Source: an uncultured bacterium (GTDB lineage Bacteria > Patescibacteriota > Saccharimonadia > Saccharimonadales > Saccharimonadaceae). Taken from it: a stretch of DNA of 64,000 bases. The notes beneath the pieces were generated by a model. The model worked only from the letters and a program-made list of their open reading frames with translations. It was not told the origin of the DNA and made no database searches. Where the stretch lies: positions 50,586 to 114,585 of the forward strand of contig CAIUKF010000017.1 of the NCBI GenBank assembly GCA_903899655.1, in the 5' to 3' direction. Position numbers and translations under genes: made by a program. This document shows, in pieces, positions 19,239 through 28,965 of this stretch. Position 1 is the stretch's first letter. Each line of letters begins with the position of its first letter.

Positions 19239-19304
19239 AGCTATCGGAATATGGCTATTGGAATATGGCAAATCGCAAATAACCAACGCCAAATTCTAAA
19301 TAGA
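19239..19304 (+). repeat. GGAATATGGCTATTGG repeat family (site 3), between rpsH and rplF
   Basis: AGCTATCGGAATATGGCTATTGGAATATGGCAAATCGCAAAT, directly after the rpsH stop. Confidence 0.75.
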
Positions 19305-19332
19305 TAAAATATAATTAACAGGAGAATAAGAA

Positions 19333-19866
19333 ATGAGTCGAATCGGAAAACTACCAATTGACGTGCCTACCGGTGTGACAATCACGGTTGACTCAGATGT
19401 TGTTACCGTCAAAGGGCCAAAAGGTCAATTGACAGTACCTCATTTGAGCGACGTGACTGTTGCGCTTGAAGGAACTCAAGCAATTGTTACACGCAAAGAT
19501 GATGAGTTTGTTGCCAAAGCGCAACATGGCTTGCAACGTGCCCTATTAAATAACGCTGTTATCGGTGTTACAAAAGGCTACGAAAAGAAACTAGAAGTTA
19601 ACGGTGTTGGTTATCGTATCAACGGCGGTGGTAACAAAATTGAATTGCTGTTAGGCTTTTCACACCCCGTAAATTACGTTGCCAAAGATGGCATCTCACT
19701 AGTTGTCGACAAAATGACGATCACAGTTGTCGGTATCGACAAACAAGCTGTTGGTCAAACTGCTGCCGAAATCCGCGCTATCAAAAAGCCTGAACCATAC
19801 AAGGGTAAAGGTATTAAATACGCTGACGAAGTATTACGCCACAAGGCTGGAAAGGCTGGTAAATAA
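19333..19866 (+). CDS. rplF: 50S ribosomal protein L6
   Basis: 177 aa, MSRIGKLPI start. Confidence 0.96.
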   Translation: MSRIGKLPIDVPTGVTITVDSDVVTVKGPKGQLTVPHLSDVTVALEGTQAIVTRKDDEFVAKAQHGLQRALLNNAVIGVTKGYEKKLEVNGVGYRINGGGNKIELLLGFSHPVNYVAKDGISLVVDKMTITVVGIDKQAVGQTAAEIRAIKKPEPYKGKGIKYADEVLRHKAGKAGK

Positions 19867-19867
19867 T

Positions 19868-20221
19868 ATGTCAAATCTAACGAAGAAGCTATTAAATCTT
19901 GGCCTACGTAAAAATCGTATCCGTGCCAAAATTTCAGGTACGACTGAACGCCCACGCTTGACTGTATCTATCAGCAACAAGCACGTTAGTGCCCAAATTA
20001 TTGATGATACCAAAGGCGCAACACTTGTCGCTAGTACAACTGTCGGTACTAAACAAACCGGTACGATTACTGAACAAGCTGCATTTGTTGGCGCAGATAT
20101 CGCAAAAAAGGCTAAAAAAGCTAAAATTAACGCAGTTGTCTTCGACCGAAATGGTCGTTTGTACGCTGGAAGATTGAGTGCCTTCGCAGAAGCTGCACGC
20201 AAGGAAGGTTTAGGATTCTAA
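19868..20221 (+). CDS. rplR: 50S ribosomal protein L18
   Basis: ATG at 19868 one base after the rplF stop; RPRLTVSISNKHVSAQIID motif. Confidence 0.93.
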   Translation: MSNLTKKLLNLGLRKNRIRAKISGTTERPRLTVSISNKHVSAQIIDDTKGATLVASTTVGTKQTGTITEQAAFVGADIAKKAKKAKINAVVFDRNGRLYAGRLSAFAEAARKEGLGF

Positions 20222-20223
20222 TC

Positions 20224-20808
20224 ATGGCTGAAGCTGTAAAAAAGACCGCAACTGACTCACGCGCACCACGCCAAAACGGCGGTCGTCGCGAACGTGACCA
20301 AGTACCGGCTGAACCAAAACAATACGAAGAAGTTGTTATTAACATCGACCGTGTGTCACGTGTGGTCAAAGGTGGACGTCGTTTCCGCTTTAAAGCCCTT
20401 GTTGTCGTAGGTGATGGTAAAAACAAAGTTGGTGTTGGTGTTGCTAAAGGCGCCGATGTCCAAGCCGCTGTTGCTAAAGCTACTAACGTTGCTAAAAAGC
20501 AAATCGTTATTATCCCAATCAGCAACGAAACAATTCCTCATGATACTGAAGTTCGCTTTGCTGGTGCTCAAGTTTTGTTAAAACCAGCCGCACTAGGTAC
20601 CGGTATTATTGCTGGTGGTGTTGTCCGTTCAGTTATCGCTGTAACCGGTATTCACAACTTGGTTTCAAAATCACTGGGATCAACTAACAAAGTTAACATT
20701 GCTTATGCAACTGTTGAAGCTTTGAAGAGTCTAGTACCACAAAGTGAATGGTTGAATGTTCCAAAGAAAAAAGTTGCTAAAAAAGCCGCTGAAGTGGAGA
20801 CAAAGTAA
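20224..20808 (+). CDS. rpsE: 30S ribosomal protein S5
   Basis: 194 aa with VNIDRVSRVVKGGRRFRF motif. Confidence 0.96.
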   Translation: MAEAVKKTATDSRAPRQNGGRRERDQVPAEPKQYEEVVINIDRVSRVVKGGRRFRFKALVVVGDGKNKVGVGVAKGADVQAAVAKATNVAKKQIVIIPISNETIPHDTEVRFAGAQVLLKPAALGTGIIAGGVVRSVIAVTGIHNLVSKSLGSTNKVNIAYATVEALKSLVPQSEWLNVPKKKVAKKAAEVETK

Positions 20809-21290
20809 TGACTAAGTATAATGAACTTCAAGTTGAAGCAAACAAAAATATCAAACGTGTTGGTCGTGGTATTGCATCAGGCCAAGGTAAAACAGCTGGA
20901 CGCGGTACAAAAGGTCAAAAAGCCCGTACTGGTAAAAAGCTACGCCCAACCTTTTCAGGTGGATCAGGTGCGCTTGCACGTCGTACTCCAAAGCTAAAAG
21001 GCTTCAAGAGTCTACGTACACCAGCTCAAATTGTCTACTTGGATCATTTAAATGTTTTCAAGGGCAAAACAGCTGACAACTTCTCGTTATTCAACGCTGG
21101 ATTAATTTCTTCACCTTATCAGGCTGTAAAAGTTATTCTACGTGGTGAACTAACCGAAACTGTTAAGTTGCATGTCTCTAGCGCCAGCAAAAGCGTTAAA
21201 GAGGCAGTTACAAAAGCCGGTGGTACTTTTGTCAAAACTGCGGTACCATTGAAAAAGGGTACTAAAGCAGCTGAAACAACTGAAAAGTAG
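20808..21290 (+). CDS. rplO: 50S ribosomal protein L15
   Basis: 160 aa with GRGIASGQGKTAGRGTKGQKAR motif; the start overlaps the rpsE stop, so there is no rpmD between them. Confidence 0.95.
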   Translation: MTKYNELQVEANKNIKRVGRGIASGQGKTAGRGTKGQKARTGKKLRPTFSGGSGALARRTPKLKGFKSLRTPAQIVYLDHLNVFKGKTADNFSLFNAGLISSPYQAVKVILRGELTETVKLHVSSASKSVKEAVTKAGGTFVKTAVPLKKGTKAAETTEK

Positions 21291-21377
21291 CATATTGTTG
21301 CACTTCCCAGGGTACCAAATGGTACCTTGCGGAGTAGCAGTAATGATAATTTAGGGGCAAGAAGGGTAAAACGACTG

Positions 21378-22790
21378 ATGAATTTCAAAACAATTTTCAA
21401 ATCACTAAAAAACCGCAACATGCTAAAACGTATGCTAATTTTGCTGGGTATTATTATTGCTTATCGCTTTTTGGCGCACGTACCAGTGCCTTTGGCCGAG
21501 CCAACTCAATTAAAAGAAGTTATCAACAGCGTCATTAGCAGCTCAGACTTGGGTGGATTCCTGAACCTGCTATCTGGTGGTGCCCTGACTAGCTTTTCGA
21601 TTGTTCTTGTTGGTATGAGCCCATTTATTACCTCATCAATCATTACTCAGCTATTGACCAAAGCAATTCCTAAACTTGAAGAATTACATAAAGACGGTGA
21701 ATCAGGTCGTCGCAAAATCAATCAATGGACTCGTATGATTGCTGTACCTCTATCAATTGTGCAATCGATTGCCTTCATTTACATCTTGCGCCAAACAATT
21801 TTAGCTAATAATACAACCGTCTTGTCTGATCCGACCATAATGGGCTGGACAGTCGCTGTTATTGCCATGAGTGCTGGATCAATTTTGTTGATGTGGCTTG
21901 GTGAGTTAATCACTGAACAAGGTGTCGGTAATGGAATCAGTCTAATCATCTTTGCAGGTATCGTTAGTCAATTACCGCAAACAATCACAACTATTAGTAG
22001 TTCATTATTTGATACATCAGCCGGTAGTTTAAATGTCTTTAACTGGTTTACGATTCCAGTCAATCCAACTTCATTTTGGATAGCCATCATCTTGGGCATT
22101 GTGTCACTAATGATTCTTTATGTACTAGTCAAGGTTAACGAAGCTCAAAGAGTTATTACTGTCAATTACGCTAAACGTGTCCAAGGCAACAGTAGCTACG
22201 GCGGCGTCAAAAGTATTCTACCTGTTAAATTAATTGCCGCTAACGTTATCCCAATTATCTTCGCAGTTGCATTTTTGTCATTGCCAGCCTTTATTGGGCA
22301 GATTTTGAAAGCCAGTGGTAACGCATCATATCAGGCACTAGCAACTAACTTAATAGCTTGGTTTCAAACACCGACACCTGGCACATGGACGGGTTCAACG
22401 ATGCAGGCTTTTATTTATCCTGCGGTCTACTTTGTACTGGTTATCATCTTTACGTATTTTTACACTGGTATTATCTTTAACTCAAATGAAATTGCTGAAA
22501 ATTTGCAAAAGCAAGGCGGATTTATTGAAGGTATCCGTCCAGGTAAACAAACCGAGGACTATCTAAATCGTACTGTTAATCGTTTGACACTTTTTGGATC
22601 ATTGACGCTAGGTATTATTGCCGTACTTCCATTCGCTGGTGAATACATGATGTACGCTATCGCTGGTATTACCGGCAGCAAGCTGTCAATCGGTGGTACC
22701 GGACTTTTGATTGTTGTATCAGTCGCCCTTGAATCATTACGTCAAATTAATTCGCGCGCCTTGATGGTGACTTACGACGACTACAAATAA
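21378..22790 (+). CDS. secY: Preprotein translocase subunit SecY
   Basis: The ATG at 21378 gives a typical SecY N-terminus; ten predicted transmembrane helices; conserved position. Confidence 0.93.
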   Translation: MNFKTIFKSLKNRNMLKRMLILLGIIIAYRFLAHVPVPLAEPTQLKEVINSVISSSDLGGFLNLLSGGALTSFSIVLVGMSPFITSSIITQLLTKAIPKLEELHKDGESGRRKINQWTRMIAVPLSIVQSIAFIYILRQTILANNTTVLSDPTIMGWTVAVIAMSAGSILLMWLGELITEQGVGNGISLIIFAGIVSQLPQTITTISSSLFDTSAGSLNVFNWFTIPVNPTSFWIAIILGIVSLMILYVLVKVNEAQRVITVNYAKRVQGNSSYGGVKSILPVKLIAANVIPIIFAVAFLSLPAFIGQILKASGNASYQALATNLIAWFQTPTPGTWTGSTMQAFIYPAVYFVLVIIFTYFYTGIIFNSNEIAENLQKQGGFIEGIRPGKQTEDYLNRTVNRLTLFGSLTLGIIAVLPFAGEYMMYAIAGITGSKLSIGGTGLLIVVSVALESLRQINSRALMVTYDDYK

Positions 22791-22824
22791 TTCAAATTGT
22801 TTGATACTTAGTAAACATTAGTGT

Positions 22825-22912
22825 AATATAGTCCGTGGGGTGCTTTATGATAGTTTTCATAAGGCTGAGATCATACCCAATTAACTTGATCCGGATAATG
22901 CCGGCGTAAGGA
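22825..22912 (+). promoter_or_regulatory. TPP (THI-box) riboswitch
   Basis: GGGGTGC...GGCTGAGA...ACCC...CTTGATCCGGATAATGCCGGCGTAAGGAG matches the conserved THI-box core. The 3' end includes the Shine-Dalgarno of the next gene. Confidence 0.85.
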
Positions 22913-22918
22913 GTAGAT

Positions 22919-23575
22919 ATGAGTAATATAACATTAGATAAACCAGCGTTTTTAGTAGGCGCTGGTATTTTTAATATAAGCATATATAAAAAACAATGGT
23001 CAGATAATTATACAATTATCGGTGTCGACGGTGGTGCCGACAGTCTAGCAAAAATTGGCGTAACACCAGATTATATTATTGGCGATTTAGATTCGATTAT
23101 TGATCCAATCAAATACGGCAAGTCATCAACAGTAATCAGAGTTGCCGAACAGGATACAACTGATTTTGAAAAAGCTTTGATTTACTTCGATGCACCACTG
23201 TATTTATGCATTGGTTTTACTGGCTCACGATTTGATCATACAATCGAAGTTTTGCATATTTTTACAAAATTTCGTAACAAAACAATTATTTGTTTTCACT
23301 ATAACGATTTAATATTCGTAGTACCTAACGATTGGAAGCCTAAATTATCCATCGGAACGCGTGTGTCGTTGTTCCCAATTGAGCCTACTAACATACACTC
23401 AACAACCGGACTAAAATATTCTGCAACTGGACTCAACCTTGTTATGGGGTCAATAATAAGTACGTCAAATGAAGCAATCTCTAATCAGATTGAAGTGAAA
23501 TACGATAAAGGGCTGCTTGTTGGTATAGTGCCGGCCAGTCAATACAAAAACATAATTAATTCATTAGGACTTTAA
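22919..23575 (+). CDS. thiN: Thiamine pyrophosphokinase
   Basis: 218 aa with GVDGGAD, GDLDS, EQDTTDFEKAL and GFTGSRFDH motifs, as in ThiN/TPK. Confidence 0.8.
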   Translation: MSNITLDKPAFLVGAGIFNISIYKKQWSDNYTIIGVDGGADSLAKIGVTPDYIIGDLDSIIDPIKYGKSSTVIRVAEQDTTDFEKALIYFDAPLYLCIGFTGSRFDHTIEVLHIFTKFRNKTIICFHYNDLIFVVPNDWKPKLSIGTRVSLFPIEPTNIHSTTGLKYSATGLNLVMGSIISTSNEAISNQIEVKYDKGLLVGIVPASQYKNIINSLGL

Positions 23576-23576
23576 C

Positions 23577-24959
23577 ATGAACTTAGCTTTTATTGATTAC
23601 ATATTTATTGTTGCATATATGTTTGGTATTTTAGTGCTGGGGTTATGGTCTATGAAACGCGGCAAGTCAGACGAAGATTATCTTTTGGCTGGACGAAAAT
23701 TGACACTACCTGCCATGGTAATGTCACTTGTAACTACTTGGTATGGAGCTATTTTAGGTGTAGGTGAATTAGTCTTTAGATATGGTATTGTCGGTTGGGT
23801 AACACAAGGGTTGTTATGGTATGTAATATATCTATTTTTTGCATTGATGATGGCCAAAAAAGTACAAAATTCGAAAAAAATAACTATCGCGGATCATTTG
23901 ATGGAAAAAAGCGGCAAAAAGTCAGCATTTGTCGGAACAATCTTAACATATATTATGACATCTCCCGCTCCATACATATTGTCATTGGGCGTTGTTATAG
24001 ATATGATTTTTGGAATCGGTTTGTTTTTGTCGATCCTAATAGGATCATTGATTAGCGGCATATACATTTGGAGTGGCGGATTTAGATCTGTCGTTAGAGT
24101 TGACGGCTTACAATTTGCATTAATGTATTTTGGATTTGGCGCTTTATTAATTGGAGCAATTATTCATTTTGGTGATATGTCATTTTTTATTAATAAATTA
24201 CCACCAACACATTTGACGTTTACCGGCGAACTACCGATTTTAACAATTGCCGCATGGGGACTAATGGCTTTATGGACTTTGGTGGATCCAGACTTCTTTC
24301 AGCGATGTTACGCTTCAGGGTCAGACAAAATAGCGCGTAACGGAATACTTTGGTCAATTCTATTTTGGTTTATTTTTGACATGCTAACTTTAATAACAGG
24401 TTTGTATGCAACAGCGGCCTTTCCAAATGCCGAACCAACAAGCATATATTTCGTATTAGCGGATAACGTTTTACCGTTTGCTATAAAAGGAATTTTTTGT
24501 GTATCTGTACTGGCTATAATTATGTCAACTATGGATTCATTTTTGTTTACTAGCGGCACAATTATGGGCAAAGACCTACTTGGACTTGTTTATCCAAAAG
24601 TTAGACTAAAAAAACTTAGCCGAATTGGTATCGTAATAACTATAGTAGTATCACTAATATTAATTGTGTTGTTCAAGTCGGTCATAGGAATTATATATGT
24701 ATTAGGAACAGTCGGCGTATCGGCATTACTTTTGCCAGTTTTATTAGCGATATTTTCAAAGCATAAAATGAATGATAATATCGTGCTGTCTGGTATGTTA
24801 GCCGCAATTACGACTTCGGTGATTTGGCTTATTGGAGGTTTGATAAATAGCGTAGAGGGATGGCCTCAGTATTGGTTTGGAATAGATCCGATGTATGTCG
24901 GATTAGTAGCAAGCTTGATAGTTTATATATTGACAAGAAAAATATTATTTATCGATTAA
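23577..24959 (+). CDS. Sodium:solute symporter family transporter (probable thiamine or precursor uptake)
   Basis: 460 aa, about 12-13 transmembrane helices, YLLAGRKL motif; starts one base after thiN, downstream of the TPP riboswitch. Confidence 0.7.
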   Translation: MNLAFIDYIFIVAYMFGILVLGLWSMKRGKSDEDYLLAGRKLTLPAMVMSLVTTWYGAILGVGELVFRYGIVGWVTQGLLWYVIYLFFALMMAKKVQNSKKITIADHLMEKSGKKSAFVGTILTYIMTSPAPYILSLGVVIDMIFGIGLFLSILIGSLISGIYIWSGGFRSVVRVDGLQFALMYFGFGALLIGAIIHFGDMSFFINKLPPTHLTFTGELPILTIAAWGLMALWTLVDPDFFQRCYASGSDKIARNGILWSILFWFIFDMLTLITGLYATAAFPNAEPTSIYFVLADNVLPFAIKGIFCVSVLAIIMSTMDSFLFTSGTIMGKDLLGLVYPKVRLKKLSRIGIVITIVVSLILIVLFKSVIGIIYVLGTVGVSALLLPVLLAIFSKHKMNDNIVLSGMLAAITTSVIWLIGGLINSVEGWPQYWFGIDPMYVGLVASLIVYILTRKILFID

Positions 24960-24986
24960 GCATATTACTAACATAAACGTTATGAT

Positions 24987-26048
24987 ATGATGTTTGTAAT
25001 GCAAAATAAAATACCTAAAATAAAAAGAACAGGCTTTTCGATAATTGGTTTAATCCTTGTCGTAATACTAATCGCTATTATTACTTTAGTGATCACGGTC
25101 GTATATCGTGGAGTTATTAAAAAAGTTGACGTTTCAGATATGCAAACTGACCTTGCGAGCGTATCTAGTATAATAATGTCAAACAAAACGGCAGACGGTA
25201 ATTTTCCTTTATCGTTGAAAGTTGCAAATAACGGCAAGGCGATTGTCAGTCGTATCGGAACCGAATACCAATATGAAGTAAACAATACGACTACACCAAA
25301 AACATTCTGCGTTACAGCTAGCAAAGGTACGACTAACTACAAGGTGATAAACGGCAGCACACCAACACTAGGAACATGCCCTGGTTTTCAGGCTGTGATG
25401 TATTTAGACGCTGGAAATGTTGCATCATATCCTGGCGATGGTACAACTTGGTTTGATTTAAGTAGTAACAAAAACGATGTTACTTTAAATAATGGTATTA
25501 GCTATGACAATGAAAACGGCGGAGTATTTATATTCGATGGAGTTGATGATTATGCCAGCAAAAATACCAAAGGCTCACTAATTAGTGACCCTACTTTAAA
25601 TAATTACAAATTATCATACTCATTTTGGGCAGACGTATTATCAAGTAATTCATATTATATAATCAGTAGCGGCGCCCAGACTTCAAGTACAGGAATTTCA
25701 TTTAGCTACCAAGCTGGCGGGCCTTTTTATAGTATTCGCGGTACGACAAAAAACATATCATCGTCAGTTAGTGATTTTCCGTTAAATAAATGGATAAATT
25801 GGACAGTTACATCTGATGGACAAAATAGTTATCTATATAAAAACGGTGAATTGCAATCATCAACTGCGTTTTCATCAGGATCTAGCGACGCTAAGTACAC
25901 CGATTTAACAATCGGAACACCAAATAATACCAAAGGAAAGTACATGACGAACATGAAGCTTGCGTCATTATTGATATACGACCGAACATTAACCCCACAA
26001 GAGGTACAACAAAACTTTGACTTCAGCCGTAGCAGATATGGGTTATAG
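24987..26048 (+). CDS. Pilin-like protein with a C-terminal LamG/concanavalin-like lectin domain
   Basis: N-terminus KRTGFSIIGLILVVILIAII is prepilin-like but has Gly instead of Glu at +5. The C-terminal part resembles LamG_3 (DGVDDYAS, WINWTVTSDG, LYKNGEL, IYDRTLTPQEVQQNF). Confidence 0.7.
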   Translation: MMFVMQNKIPKIKRTGFSIIGLILVVILIAIITLVITVVYRGVIKKVDVSDMQTDLASVSSIIMSNKTADGNFPLSLKVANNGKAIVSRIGTEYQYEVNNTTTPKTFCVTASKGTTNYKVINGSTPTLGTCPGFQAVMYLDAGNVASYPGDGTTWFDLSSNKNDVTLNNGISYDNENGGVFIFDGVDDYASKNTKGSLISDPTLNNYKLSYSFWADVLSSNSYYIISSGAQTSSTGISFSYQAGGPFYSIRGTTKNISSSVSDFPLNKWINWTVTSDGQNSYLYKNGELQSSTAFSSGSSDAKYTDLTIGTPNNTKGKYMTNMKLASLLIYDRTLTPQEVQQNFDFSRSRYGL

Positions 26049-26063
26049 TATTTGTTTCAAAAG

Positions 26064-26091
26064 TTGACACGCAAACGTGTTGCGATATAAT
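26064..26091 (+). promoter_or_regulatory. Sigma70-like promoter upstream of infA
   Basis: TTGACA (26064-26069), 16-nt spacer, TATAAT (26086-26091). Confidence 0.45.
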
Positions 26092-26192
26092 AGTTATATA
26101 AATAGCGCAGAAAATATATACAGGCGTTAATTTTCTTGATATTAACTCTTTACGTTAGCCTTTAAGTGGTGTATAATCGGTTATTGTAATCT

Positions 26193-26417
26193 ATGGCTAG
26201 TCAAAAAGAAGTAATTAAATTGCAGGGGAAGGTAGTGGAATCACTGCCTAATACTCAATTTAAGGTCGAATTAGAGAATGGCCACAGTATAATTGCCCAC
26301 ATTTCAGGTAAAATGCGCAAGCACTATATCCGACTTGTGCCAGGCGATAAAGTGGAAGTCGAGTTGACTCCTTACGACCTTAGTAAGGGAAGAATCAGCT
26401 TCCGCTTAAAGGATTAA
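26193..26417 (+). CDS. infA: Translation initiation factor IF-1
   Basis: 74 aa with an S1-like fold sequence, [21 protein letters not shown]. Confidence 0.96.
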   Translation: MASQKEVIKLQGKVVESLPNTQFKVELENGHSIIAHISGKMRKHYIRLVPGDKVEVELTPYDLSKGRISFRLKD

Positions 26418-26456
26418 ATTTAATTCGCTCAGGCGAACAGGAGTAAATGAACGCTT

Positions 26457-26573
26457 ATGAAGGTTCGTGCAAGTGTCAAAAAAATTAGTCCAGATGATCA
26501 ACTAGTACGCCGTAAAGGTATATTACGCATCATCAACAAGAAAAAACCTAAAAATAAGCAAAGGCAGGGTTAA
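26457..26573 (+). CDS. rpmJ: 50S ribosomal protein L36, cysteine-free (C-) form
   Basis: Not in the ORF track because it is only 38 aa: [38 protein letters not shown]. Conserved position between infA and rpsM. Confidence 0.9.
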   Translation: MKVRASVKKISPDDQLVRRKGILRIINKKKPKNKQRQG

Positions 26574-26575
26574 GC

Positions 26576-26962
26576 ATGGCTCGAATTTCTGGGGTAACAA
26601 TCCCATCAGAAAAGCAAGTTCAGATCGCTTTGACGTATATATACGGCATCGGTCCAAAATTTGCTAGTAGCATCCTTGCGGCGGCGAAAGTTGAGCCGAC
26701 CACTCGGGTGAAAGATCTCACCGAGGCTGAAGAACAACGTCTACGCGATATAATCGACACTGATTATACCGTTGAAGGCGATTTGCAGCGTCTGGTGACA
26801 AATAATATTAAACGCTTAAAAGACATTAGTTCATACCGTGGACTACGTCACAAAAATGGTCTTCCTGTCCGTGGACAGCGAACTCGCACAAACGCCAAAA
26901 CTCGCAAGGGTAAAGGCGTCGCAGTTGGTGGAACCCAGAAAAAAGCGGCAACTAAAACTTAG
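26576..26962 (+). CDS. rpsM: 30S ribosomal protein S13
   Basis: 128 aa, [10 protein letters not shown] start. Confidence 0.96.
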   Translation: MARISGVTIPSEKQVQIALTYIYGIGPKFASSILAAAKVEPTTRVKDLTEAEEQRLRDIIDTDYTVEGDLQRLVTNNIKRLKDISSYRGLRHKNGLPVRGQRTRTNAKTRKGKGVAVGGTQKKAATKT

Positions 26963-26977
26963 GAAAGGAATTAGATT

Positions 26978-27385
26978 ATGGCAGAAGCAAATACTACAGC
27001 TCCAAAAGCAACAGTCCGTAAAAAGCAGCGCCGATCGGTTCCTGCTGGTCAGTTGCACGTTCAAGCGACATTTAATAATACAATCGTAACGTTTACCGAC
27101 AAAAAAGGTAACGTACTTACCACTTCTAGCGCCGGCGCCTCAGGCTTCCGTGGCAGCAAAAAGGGTACAGCATACGCATCACAAATTGCAGCCGAAAAAG
27201 TTGCCGATATTGCTAAAAACCAATTCGGTGCTAGTTCAGTCGATGTCTTTATCAAAGGCGTAGGCCTTGGCCGCGACGCAGCTATTCGTGCAATGGGTGC
27301 CTTCAACATTACTGTTGACAGTATCTCTGATGTAACCGGAATACCACATGGTGGTGTTCGTCCACGCAAAGCGAGAAGGGCATAA
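26978..27385 (+). CDS. rpsK: 30S ribosomal protein S11
   Basis: 135 aa with TDVTGIPHGGVRPRKARR C-terminus. Confidence 0.96.
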   Translation: MAEANTTAPKATVRKKQRRSVPAGQLHVQATFNNTIVTFTDKKGNVLTTSSAGASGFRGSKKGTAYASQIAAEKVADIAKNQFGASSVDVFIKGVGLGRDAAIRAMGAFNITVDSISDVTGIPHGGVRPRKARRA

Positions 27386-27388
27386 ACT

Positions 27389-28018
27389 ATGGCACGAGAT
27401 ATTTCTCCTATTGTTAAACAAAGCCGACGTGAAGGGTTCGCTCTTCACCCAAAGGCTCACAAAGTTATGGCTCACAAGACTGGTATTCCAGGCCAACATG
27501 GTGGTGGACGCCCAGGCAAACCAAGTCTATATTTGACACAACTTCGTGAAAAACAAAAAGTTCGCCGTACTTACGGCCTACTTGAAAAGCAATTTGCTAA
27601 ATTGGTAGTCGAAGCTGATCGCATGAGCGGTCAACTAGGCATTCTTCCAGGTGAGGCAATGTTGCAATTACTTGAACGACGCATCGATAACGCAGTTTAC
27701 CGCGCTGGTTTTGCAACTAGCCGCCGTGCTGCTCGTCAACTTGTTGGTCACGGACACTTCCTATTAAACGGTCGCCGTGTCAATATTCCTTCAATCCGTC
27801 TAAAAGTTGGTGATGAAATCGTTGTTCGTCCAAAAAGCGCAAAATCTGGTTACTTTAGTCAACTTGAAGAAGTAGTTAATAATTCAGTCCAAGAACCACT
27901 AAGCTGGTTAAAGAGTGATGACAAAAAAATTACTATCACAGTTACTGGTTTACCAAAACGCGAAGAAGCCGAAGCAGATATCAAAGAACAGCTAATCGTT
28001 GAGTATTACTCACGTTAA
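27389..28018 (+). CDS. rpsD: 30S ribosomal protein S4
   Basis: 209 aa with an S4 RNA-binding domain. Confidence 0.95.
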   Translation: MARDISPIVKQSRREGFALHPKAHKVMAHKTGIPGQHGGGRPGKPSLYLTQLREKQKVRRTYGLLEKQFAKLVVEADRMSGQLGILPGEAMLQLLERRIDNAVYRAGFATSRRAARQLVGHGHFLLNGRRVNIPSIRLKVGDEIVVRPKSAKSGYFSQLEEVVNNSVQEPLSWLKSDDKKITITVTGLPKREEAEADIKEQLIVEYYSR

Positions 28019-28039
28019 AGGGTAAGGAGCCTAATAATA

Positions 28040-28963
28040 ATGACAAAAGTTATTTACAACCCAGCACTAGCAAGTATTGACGAACAAAGTTCGACTATTG
28101 CAACATTTAATATCGAACCACTTCACGCCGGCTATGGTAACACCCTAGGTAACAGCTTACGACGCGTCCTTCTTTCAAGTATCGAAGGTGCCGCTGTTGT
28201 TGCTTTCCGCATCGAAGGTGCTAGCCACGAATTTGCAACTGTCGCCGGAATCCGCGAAGACGTAGTTGATATTATGTTAAATATCAAAAACATTCGCCTA
28301 AAAGTTCACAGCGATCAACCAGTTGAATTACGCCTCGAGAAAAAAGGTGCCGGCGCTGTTACAGCCGCTGACATCAAAACTAACGCTGACGTTGAAGTAA
28401 TCAACCCAGACCAAGTCATCTGCAATATCGACGATCCTAAAAAATCTGTTGTTATTGACCTAGTTGTCGAATCTGGCCGTGGTTACCAAACTATCGAAAA
28501 CTCAAGCGCAAAACGAATCCACAGCGACATGATTGCAGTTGATGCTATCTTTAGCCCAGTAATTCGCGTTCGCTACAAAGTTGAAGGTACACGCGTTGGT
28601 CAAGAGACAAACCTGGACAAATTGCTGTTAACAGTCGAAACTGACGGTTCATTAACTCCACGCCAAGCATTTGAAGAAGCCGCTGCTATTTTGGTTAACC
28701 AATATACTGCACTTGCTGGTTCAACTGTTATCGAATCTGCTCCAGCATTGGGACAGAATCAAGGTGGTGAGAAAAACGAACTAAATACCCCAATCGAAGA
28801 ATTAAATCTAACTGCCCGAACAGCTAATGCCTTGATTAACAACGAAATCCGCACCGTTCACGACCTTGTCACATTAAGTGAACAAGACCTACGCGAACTA
28901 AAGGGTTTTGGCACCAAAGCATTGGATGAAGTCAAAGAGAAATTGACGGAGCTGGAACTTTAA
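28040..28963 (+). CDS. rpoA: DNA-directed RNA polymerase alpha subunit
   Basis: 307 aa with an LGNSLRRVLLSSIEGAA N-terminal domain motif and a C-terminal helix-hairpin-helix. Confidence 0.96.
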   Translation: MTKVIYNPALASIDEQSSTIATFNIEPLHAGYGNTLGNSLRRVLLSSIEGAAVVAFRIEGASHEFATVAGIREDVVDIMLNIKNIRLKVHSDQPVELRLEKKGAGAVTAADIKTNADVEVINPDQVICNIDDPKKSVVIDLVVESGRGYQTIENSSAKRIHSDMIAVDAIFSPVIRVRYKVEGTRVGQETNLDKLLLTVETDGSLTPRQAFEEAAAILVNQYTALAGSTVIESAPALGQNQGGEKNELNTPIEELNLTARTANALINNEIRTVHDLVTLSEQDLRELKGFGTKALDEVKEKLTELEL

Positions 28964-28965
28964 AT

